NCBI GenBank assembly: GCA_964016885.1
Contig: OZ024743.1
Location: 59,458,001 to 59,522,000 of the forward strand
DNA: 64,000 nucleotides
Reading direction: 5' to 3'
DNA from: Eledone cirrhosa
Taxonomy: Eukaryota
The translations under genes and the position numbers were made by a program. A model generated the notes under the pieces. That model did no database searches, was not told the origin of the DNA, and saw nothing but the letters and a program-made list of their open reading frames with translations. Positions 54,733 through 64,000 of this stretch are shown here, one piece after another. Position 1 is the stretch's first letter. Every line of letters starts with the position of its first letter.

Positions 54733-55356
54733 ATCAGTAGAGGGTCGGATGCCATGCTTTGACGCATGGAGTTACGGCCCTTGCCATTCTGAGTTCAAAT
54801 CCCGCCGCGGTAAACTTTGCCTTTCATCCTTACGGGGTCGATAAAATAAAGTACCAGTAATTCACTAGGTATTTGCTGACCTTGTGCCAAAAGTAGAAAC
54901 AATCATTTTGCCAATATCAGGGTGGCAGGTTGGCAGTATCGAGTGATCGTCGGACAACATGCTTTGTGGCATAGAGTTACGGCGCTTTAGTTTCTGAGTT
55001 CAAATATCGCCGAGGTTATCTCCGCCTTTCATCCTTATGGTGTCGCAAAATAAAAAACCTGTAATATGGGATTTTATTTAATCGAAGTTTCACCTTCTCA
55101 AAAATTGTTGGCCTTGTGACTAAACAGAAACTAAGGGCGATTAATTGGCAAAATCGGTAGCGCGTCGGACATTCTGCTTCGCGGCATTGAGTTACGGCTC
55201 TTTACATTCTGAGTTCAAATCCGGCCGAGGTTAGCTTTGCATTTCATGCTTGCGGGATCGATAAATAAAGGACCAGTAACACACTGTGATTGCTTTATTC
55301 GACTATCGCTTCCCCACAAACATTTTTTGGCCTACCTTGTACCTATATAAGAAACC
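54733..55356 (+). mobile_element. Three head-to-tail tRNA/Nin-domain SINEs (54733-54903, 54920-55131, 55136-55356); decayed minus copy ~54590-54710
   Basis: Each copy has GAGTTCAAAT, GCCTTTCATCCTTA-like core and AGAAAC end. Confidence 0.85.
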
Positions 55357-55560
55357 GTTATTCAGCCAATATCAGATTCATCCCTCCTCTAGAGCTTGGA
55401 TGTTTTCAAGGTGAAAACAATTAAGTTTAAACAAATAACATTTTTATAAAATGCAAAACAAAACATTCTTTACTGCATAGTTATTCATAATATAGTTATT
55501 CATAATAATTATAATTCTGTATAGGATAGATGAGTTAATATCTGTATACAACAACTACAA

Positions 55561-55895
55561 CGGTACGCGATGGGGCCCACCCACAGCCCCGGCGGACAGA
55601 TGGAGTAGCCGTTTCCCCGGAGGACAGCAAGGGAGACGCGCTGGAAAAGCCACTCCAACTCGCGGTGCTCACACCTGCGACTGACCAGCTCAGCGCCTAT
55701 GTTGGTGAATAACTCTCCACTGCCAGGGGTACGACCGCAAACCTGTCGGAGAGCGACCGACATTTGAAGAGTTTGGCCCCCTCAGCCCGACGTGCAGCAG
55801 AACCTGATCAGTCGCAGACTGCACCAGGTTGCGGCTTCAGAAAGTCTCGATGCAAGTGGCATCCCAGACGAGGGATTTTCCACCGGGAACGGGAA
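55561..55895 (-). pseudogene. 3' fragment of a CRE-like non-LTR retrotransposon (restriction-like endonuclease domain)
   Basis: GC-rich island encoding GKSLVWDATCIETF and WLFQRVSLAVLRGNG, matching the PW..G..LVWDAT / FQR.S.A..RGNA signature. Confidence 0.75.
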
Positions 55896-56129
55896 GAATA
55901 CTATTTTTAAATAACACTGAATTCTGTATGGCATTATTGTATTTGCCTTTGCTAATATTATATATAAAGAGGATATTTTGAATGTTATCCTTGCTGGTTA
56001 GAAGCCATGCATTATCAGTCTGCATATTATATTACTAATTCAATAGATGCCAATAGCTTCCTCCACCACATATATAATTCTGATGACCATATCACCCCTT
56101 ATAATATAATATAATATAATATAATATAT

Positions 56130-56199
56130 AAATATAAGTATGTATACATACATGCATATATGTATACAGCCGTACAGTAGTATGTATATGCATACATAT

Positions 56200-56288
<89 letters not shown>

Positions 56289-56925
56289 TATATATATAAA
56301 TGAAAGGTATAGAAAACATTGTAGCAAAATGTTATATATATATGTACGTATGGGTTTATCGAACATTTATTATAATGCCCGGTTTGTTTGTAAACAAACC
56401 GCCCGAATTATTAGCTGTACAGTGTTCGGCAACCATCGTTGCCAATTTGTTCAACGCTGCAAAGGAACGATGAACTAGTTTCTCGCTTATTAGCTGTCAT
56501 CAACACGTATACCTTCCTGTCAGTTGATTGAACGTTTGAAAGTATATACTTTCCTTATGCATATTAACGGCTAAGCAGCCTAATTTACGTTTCGAGTGAG
56601 TTAGTCGGCCGGGGGTACCGAAAACGATAAATGGAAAAAATGAAATTTCATTTCTCATTCTTAGTACGGCTGATACTTAAATATAAGTATGTATAAGTAC
56701 ATACATATATGTATACATACATGCACACACATATATATATATATGCACGTATGAGTTTACTGGTCATTTATTATAATGCTCGGTTTGTTTGTAAACAAAC
56801 AGCCCGAATTATTAGCCGTACAGTGTTCGGCAACCATCGTTGCCATTTTGTTCAACACTGACAAAGGAACGATAAACTAGTTTCTAGTTTGTTAGCTGTC
56901 ATCAGCACCGTATACCTTCCTGTCA

Positions 56926-56927
<2 letters not shown>
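56130..56927 (-). mobile_element. Family A tandem (period ~402 bp) with two decayed HHRs (~56467-56508, ~56869-56911)
   Basis: AAAGGAACGAT at 56461 and 56863. Cores are UUGAUGA and CUGAUGA, each with GAAA CUAG UU. Confidence 0.8.
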
Positions 56928-56976
<49 letters not shown>

Positions 56977-57256
56977 CCCACTCTACTACCCTAAGTATTG
57001 AGTACTTTGCTGCGTTATGGTCCATCCGGTTCCTTACCACATTTCCTTCGTTATATATATATATATAGCAAACAGTATGACCCCGACGGCAGAGCTCAAG
57101 CCGTTTCGACGGCTATTTCTGGACTGAAATAGCCGTTGAAACGGGTTGAGCTCTGCCATCGGGGTCATACTTTTTCCTATTACCCACTCTACTACCCTAA
57201 GTATTGAGTACTCTGGTGCGTTATGGTCCATCCGCTTCCTTTCCACATATCCTTCG

Positions 57257-57292
<36 letters not shown>

Positions 57293-58639
57293 AAATCGAT
57301 TTTTGTAGGAAGCTCTTGTAATTCACTCTCAAGTCGAGAAGAAAGCGAGCAATTTCCTATTTGTTTGTATAAACTTTATAAGTATACAATACATTTAAGG
57401 ATGCCATAGGGTTCGTCGCAGAGTAGCGGTTAACACACTGTACACATATTAAATCGTAATTTTATTAATAAAGCAACGTAGGTGTAAATTCAATACTTTG
57501 ATATTACAATCATGATAAAACGTAGTTAATATCTAACACAGTAATATATAACACACACCAGATAATATTTATTACAGGCATTAAAGTTCAGATATATTTT
57601 TTCTTTATCTAAATATAAATCTGTTCTTATTCGCAACTTTCTAGTTTAGTTTATTTAGACACTTGATATGCATACGCTTAAATCTCAGGAGATGTTACTG
57701 TTCCCAAATATTCTGTCATATCTGTTGTATTCATTGAGCTTACTGGCGGATGCAATATTAAGATTACTTAGATTTTGTGTTGTGTTTAATCCGTGAGCTC
57801 TTTTTCTTTATCCCAAAAGTATATCCCTTCTCTATCTTGCATTATTCATGACTTAAGTAAGCATTAATCCTATATCTTGAGAATTAGGGTCCCTACTTTC
57901 ACTGTTATATTCATGAATGCAATGTTCAACTACTCGGTTACCCATTATTCATTTCAGGCTACTTATTTATAGGGTATAACCTTGTTCAAACAGCTATTTA
58001 CTTTTCAGTATTACACTGCACACTGCAGCTGATAGAAGTGAAACCTTAATGCTTTTCAATCTAAATTTAACTTACAATACGAGAATGGGATGAAGAATGT
58101 TAAGATGTATTTAAATGACGCTATTATTTTTTTCAGCAAAGTTTAACACGTTAAAAGATAGCCCTTGATAGCCTTGTGGTTAAGGTTTGCGATGATGGGG
58201 GACATCAGCTTCTGACAATATTCTTCAATATTGACGTCGTATCCAGTTTCTTTTTATATTTTAAGTAAATATAGCGATTGAAAAACGAGTTGTGAAAGCA
58301 GGTTACTTCTTTAATCTCAAGTAAGTTCGGAATAAACAGATATATGATCAGTGGTATCTCAGATTTAATTATAATATATATCTAACTACCAAATCGTTTT
58401 CACTCACTGCGCATTTTGAACATGAACATATAGAAGCTTTGGAGGATAGATTGATGTTAATTAAGATATTGCCCTTATAAAATTGAGGAATCAGAATGTA
58501 TTAACACTACCGTATCATAATTTGCTTAAACTAATTGATTGACCCAAAGCAAATCTCATTCTCTTTTACGTTGACTATAAACTTCTTACGTTTATTATAA
58601 AGATATTAATAATTTAAGAAAATGAAAATGGACGAAAGA

Positions 58640-60535
58640 GCTTTATAGGAGGGTTGGTAGATGTCAAGAAAGAACATGGAATGGAAACGATTTAAGGAAA
58701 AAATTGGCACACAGGTGAACTGCATTAAAACTAATGTGTACTTTTGAGAACAAGAACTGACAGAAAGAAGAAAGCACGTGACTGGCTATTAACTAGCAAC
58801 GGCATTAATAAAGAATGAAAAATAGGAGAGCAAGAGGATGCATGTAGAACCACCTCGAAAAAAGTAACCCAACAAGACGATAAAGACATTCTACTTGAAT
58901 AGCGCACTAGATAAGCGAGTTGACAAGAATAGAATGGTACCAACTGGAAGGGAGTATGTATGATTGCGGTGGGAGAACCGAAATACACAAGGCAAGCAAA
59001 ATGGATAAACCGCATGATTACCTGTCGAGATTAGAATTAGAAGAAATCAACCGAGATATAGAAAACAGAAAAAGGTAAAAAAGTGAATATGAGATGAATT
59101 TACCTAAAGATGACAGAAATATGATGCTAACGTCTCAGAGTGGGAGATGAATAAGAAAGAGAGAAAATATAATTGAGAATAAAATAAGATAGTCTGAAAA
59201 ATAATGAGATTGCGCGTATGGGAAGCATACTAGAAGAACTGAAGGAAAACGATAATGAGAAACACGCTAACCTGCATGATTTTGATAGTAATAAGGTTAA
59301 GTTAAAATAGAGTTGGACCATGTTATAGCATTTGTACCACTAATCTCTTTGTGAAGTTAAATAACCAATGCAAAACAGAAGCAGATGTAGCAGCCACAGA
59401 ACTCGGTTCCAGTGTAGGTAAACCGAATATAGAAAAACCATTACAACCTGGACAGGAGGCGTGAGCCAAATACAGTCTCTAAATAAACGAGGTTAAACAA
59501 ATATAGTCTTTAAGGAGAGGAGGAATCTCTAAACCGCTGCAAAAAATGTATCTATCATCATTTAAATTGAAAAAAGCATACTCCTCAATGATCGGATACA
59601 TTCAAATGCAAAAGAGAAACCAAAACATAATTGAAAAATTGATAATTTTTAAAATGCAAGAGAAGGGAATCTGAGTTAGTAAGGGAGGGAATAGATAACA
59701 AGAAAGAATACGGTATGGTCCGCAAGTCATGTATTTTAAGACACTCAAAATGTTCAGAATTGTAGAAAATATTACAGAACTGATAAAAGTAAATATGATG
59801 GGGTGGAGAATCGAACTAACAACAGGAGGAAACTTAATAAATCAGTGGATTTTCATGGCTGATAGGTCCATCTCTATATTTTTGACAATGCTATCATCCG
59901 ATTGCTACTAGAACTAAGGACAATGAATGACCAATATGATTTAAGAAAATACCGGAAGTGAATCCAATACCTAATTTTCATGTTGATCTGATGTTATAAG
60001 GCAAAATAAGAGGAAAGAGAATAGTCTTATCAGATGAGTGATGTAAGAAAATATAAATGTAGTTTGATATTTTCAAATGTGGATTTTTTGTGCCGAAGAG
60101 AATCAAATGCAATACAAGTCACGAGATTAATTTTCCAAACAAGGAGAAGATCAGGGAAGTTGGAACAGATGATAGATATAAATATCTAGTTTTCTTTTAG
60201 TTGATAGTAAAGTGATTGGACAAATGGAAAAGAAAATCAGGAGAGAGTGCCTTGAAGTGTAAAGAAGATATTAAAATGGCATAAATACCATCAGCGCCAT
60301 GATGTCAAAAGCAGTATTCATCATTGGATATAGCACAGGAATAAGGTAGTGGAAAAAAGAACGAATAGCAAACACCCAGGTGTATGTAAAATGTGTGGTG
60401 AAAGAGACAAGAGCGTGGAATATGTGGTCCCTGAGCCAGAAATGATGAAAGGCAAAGGAAACCTCGGAAGGATTGGAACTCACAATATAACGCCCGGAAC
60501 AAACACGGCTGCCCATCTACTATCTTTAACATGAT
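58640..60535 (+). pseudogene. Degenerate R4/Dong-like RLE non-LTR retrotransposon
   Basis: Remnants resembling KKAYDMVPHSWI (~59700), MFRIVENITELI..WRIEL, N.LIFM.DL.L*GK (~59960-60005), YKYL (~60177) and CKMCGERDKSVEYVV (CCHC finger, ~60385). Confidence 0.65.
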
Positions 60536-61499
60536 GGTTTCTTAATTAAATATAAGTCCATCAAATGGGGGAGGGGGATAGGAAGTCGATTATGTCGACC
60601 CACAGGATAATAGGCACATCTGACTTCTTTGAAATTTGAAATTGAAACATATCGCCGTAACAACTAACCCAAAACATGTTGCGTAACTACTCACAATTCT
60701 ATCAAAAGACGACCCACTAAGATTTACCTAGTTAAACCGATCTCAATTATATTTATATACAGGATATACGGTTTCTATTTATTTGTTTTCATATCCCCCG
60801 TTGTTCTTTATTAGTTGTTTGACATATATTCCGCAGCGTTTTGTTATTTTTCTAACATGACGCTACATGTGTGTAATTGACTATTTTTATCTTTGTTTCC
60901 AAACGATTTCAAGGAGGGTGGATTGTAAGATTTATTACAGCTCTCTTATTATATGCATTGAAGTATTTGTTAGAACATTTTATGCTTCAACAAGCCAAAC
61001 TCGCTCCACTGATAAATTTGCCTTTCATTTTCTTGGATCGATAGCATAGATACCTGTTTTATACTGGTATCAGTATAATCATTTCCCCCCTCTATATAAA
61101 CTGCTGGACTTGTGTATGAATATGAAATTACTATGTGATTCATTTGACATCTTTAGTGAATATGTTTCTTAATTCTCATTTTATATAAAAGAAATTAACT
61201 TTGTGGAGGGATTTGTTGAGGGATTTATTCCATAGGGTTCTATATCATTAAATACTGTAATAGATTTAAGTTTGTGTTAGAGATTCGTACGCTGTGTTGA
61301 TGTTGCTATTTAGCGTAAACCCGACCGAGCAATGTATGATCATTGGAGTCTTGATTTCGTCACTGAGGAAGCTTCTTTCTACGATTTAATCCACTAATCA
61401 ATGAGCAATCACTTGTCCGTCACATGAACATTCTACTGGTTAAATTGTCATGACGAGAATAAATATTGCACAGACGCAGAAGCATGTATACACTGAACG

Positions 61500-61935
61500 T
61501 CATTCCTAAGCCGAAAGAGTGTGTTTAAATGTGTTACAATCCGCCTGACAGTCTGCATCTCAGTTAACAGTTACCACATTTCACTCGAAATATTTGGATG
61601 AAGGCGAGGCTATGATAAAAGCACTTGCCAAATATGCCTCACGGTAGGATCAAAACAGATTGTGAAGCGAAATTCTTTAGCACTTAAACTTGATTGCGTC
61701 AATGTTCATTTAAGATGATTTTTTGCTTTTCCCAACAATATAATGGCTTCCTCGTTGGCCTGGTTAGATATCTGTTTTGCTAGGTAATTATGTGTAGCTT
61801 TCATGACATAGAGTGTCTAGGAAAATACAAGGCGATGTGTTTTTGAATTAGAATTAGAAATGTGGATGTCAGCAGATGCTGGATTAAGGTCCCAGGTTCG
61901 ATCCCACTGCGCGGCATCTTCAGCAAGTGTCAACT
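61500..61935. mobile_element. Degenerate SINE fragments (minus ~61540-61685; plus ~61885-61935)
   Basis: GGTTCGATCCCACTGCGCGGCATCTTCAGCAAGTGT (B-box plus core) and a decayed inverse copy. Confidence 0.45.
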
Positions 61936-62024
61936 CATTTCGTGTGAGTGAAATTTGATAGATGGAATTGCTTCGAAGCTCGTCAAATGAAATGTATCTG
62001 GAATTCAAAGTACCAGGTTTATCC

Positions 62025-62900
62025 TACATTTTGTCACGTTGAATATCCTTTAGAAATACGTTACGACTACACATCGCTCTGTAATGGTCAGCCATTTACA
62101 CATTAATTTCATGAGTAACCTGTTCCATTGATCGAACAACTGGAACATTGATCGTCAAAACCGACGGAATCCCATTTCACTGCTTATTAATTCATCGTTG
62201 AATATATGACAACATATATTTCTGACAAGGTAATTGGAAGTAATATATTTTCAAATATACTATGACTCACGACTTTCCTGCGGCTTGTTTTTATTAAATT
62301 CTTTAGTTAATTCAATTATGTTATGCAGTCTATAGGTTGTCTTTTTTCTGCAGCTAGATCTTGGTAAATATATCTTTGTAATTGTGCCGTCTAATTGCCG
62401 GTTAATCATATTTTTTGTCTTGTCAAGATTTTGTATTCAAATAATTACCATTATTTTCTCAAACCAATTTACTCTCCGCCTTCTTAATTTCATCTTTCCA
62501 TTTTTTTTTTCTCATATGTGTTCATGTTAGTCCATACTTATTATAATCATCTATGAATATAGCTTGTCCGAATGTTGAAGACGTTCACATCACAATGATG
62601 CGTTGGCAAGTTCGGTCTCACTGCTTGGCATCTTAGGAATGTGTTATTTAGCATAGTCTCGGTCCGAGGCAGGTATTGTGAGAAGAATTGGGAAATAGTA
62701 TGGAACACCGTCGGATGGACTCTGTCTGTAATTGAAAGGTCCAGACTTGTCACATAATTTATCATACCGGCTATCTCTGAGATTACCGTTAAGGGTAGAC
62801 GTGTCAGTAAAATGCTCAGCAATTGTCATCATTTTTTCATAAACAGGCTTTTCCGTTGAACGAACAATCGAAAACCCTCATCGTCCAAACTGACGGAGGA
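62025..62900. repeat. Unclassified interspersed repeat (also ~1320-1450 and ~11590-11760)
   Basis: Shared motif GAACAA..GGAAC..T.ATCGTC.AA.C.GACGGA and TGTGACAAG..GG.CCT.T.AATTACAG. Confidence 0.5.
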
Positions 62901-63918
62901 CCATTACATAATATTCTTATATGTTATTTTTCGTTTATATTATTAGTAAAATATATTTGTGTTATTTATGTCAGACGACATGCGTCTTCCTTCCCAATTG
63001 CTACAGGAATGCTGAATTTGTTTGCTTTGTTTTCAATAAATTCAATGACTTCTTAGATATTTATAATTAATATCTTGGGACTCAACGTAAATTAGCTGAT
63101 ATATATATCAATTACATTTACTTTTCTTTCTTGTGTATAATGCACATTTTTTTCCATAATATTTTCATGTTTTTGGACATTGAATTATACATTATTTGGA
63201 TACATTTAATTGGAAAATCATATCTTATGACTTTGTTTTAAAAATTCATCTAAAATATAAGGGATTGAGGGTTATTTGTATATTCGTTAGAATTAAAATA
63301 ACTTAATTAAATACGACTCCTGACACTTTGAATTCAAATTATTCTCTCTTAGATTTTTATATTACGTATCACCAGAAAATATAATGGTTTCAAAGATAGA
63401 CACAAAGGCAACAGTTGTAGGTTGACAAGAAAGTCAATTATATCATACATTTATTGATCTCTGGAAGAAACAATGATAAATTTAACCTGGGCCTTGTCTG
63501 AAACACTACCGATACTGCAATTCAGCAATTTAAACCCCTGAATTAATAATGTACGATCCACTAATTTACATAGTATCAATAGCATCTGTATAACTATTCA
63601 TCAATAAAGAAAACAATTTTCATTACGACAGTTAATGTAAGAATTTTATATGTGAGACATTAAGTAAAAACTATTGATGCTATTTATCGAAAATTTCTCG
63701 GTTTCATTATACGTCTGAAAACAGAGGTAACTGAGAGGAGATCCGGCTAGATCCTGTCAACAAACAACACCATAGGGTTTAAATACACATCATGTCTACA
63801 ATATCCAAATGGCTAAATGTCAGCTGAAGAGCAGACAAGATTCATGATCAGTATGTGGCCCGGTCCCCTCATAATGTACGATATTAATGACCGAACTATT
63901 CGCTTGAGGTGGGGCTTC

Positions 63919-63983
63919 TTATCTGAAGACTTGCTGCTATTCAGCTCTACTGCGAGATTCTTACCGCAAGAAACTAGTATTAA
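63919..63983 (+). ncRNA. Candidate hammerhead (CUAG loop) at the window end
   Basis: UUAU-CUGAAGA-C UUGC...GCAA-GAAA CUAG UA-UUAA; stem I is weak. Confidence 0.5.
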
Positions 63984-64000
63984 CGGTCACTATGATATTT

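Noticed and set aside
57300-58600. Possible host exons in unique-looking AT-rich DNA (also ~20500-21180 and ~63700-63900)
   Set aside because: No ORF or recognisable protein motif; small exons cannot be excluded without transcript data.

Overview
AT-rich, microsatellite-dense eukaryotic non-coding DNA. The repeat content (Deu/Nin-domain tRNA-SINEs, an RTE LINE with a (GAT)n tail, very long (AT)n/(AC)n tracts) suggests an octopus or other coleoid cephalopod; this is inference. I find no credible host gene, and most track ORFs are translated microsatellites. Mobile elements seen: a 5'-truncated Penelope-like element (RT + GIY-YIG), a young 5'-truncated RTE LINE, an older RTE-like LINE, R4-like and CRE-like RLE retrotransposon relics, a non-autonomous LTR element flanked by an unusual 153-bp duplication, a possible ancient piggyBac, and many SINEs. 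The main hidden signal is about 30 type-I minimal hammerhead ribozyme (HHR) motifs (CUGANGA...GAAA-loop-UH, intact or decayed) from roughly ten or more unrelated short repeat families. They sit mostly in (AT)n tracts, as fold-back palindromes or 400-500-bp tandem units, i.e. Penelope pLTR/retrozyme-like elements. They show family-specific palindromic stem-III loops, a recurrent U-U pair at the base of stem II, and inversion breakpoints that coincide with ribozyme landmarks. All structures were read by eye; none were computed.
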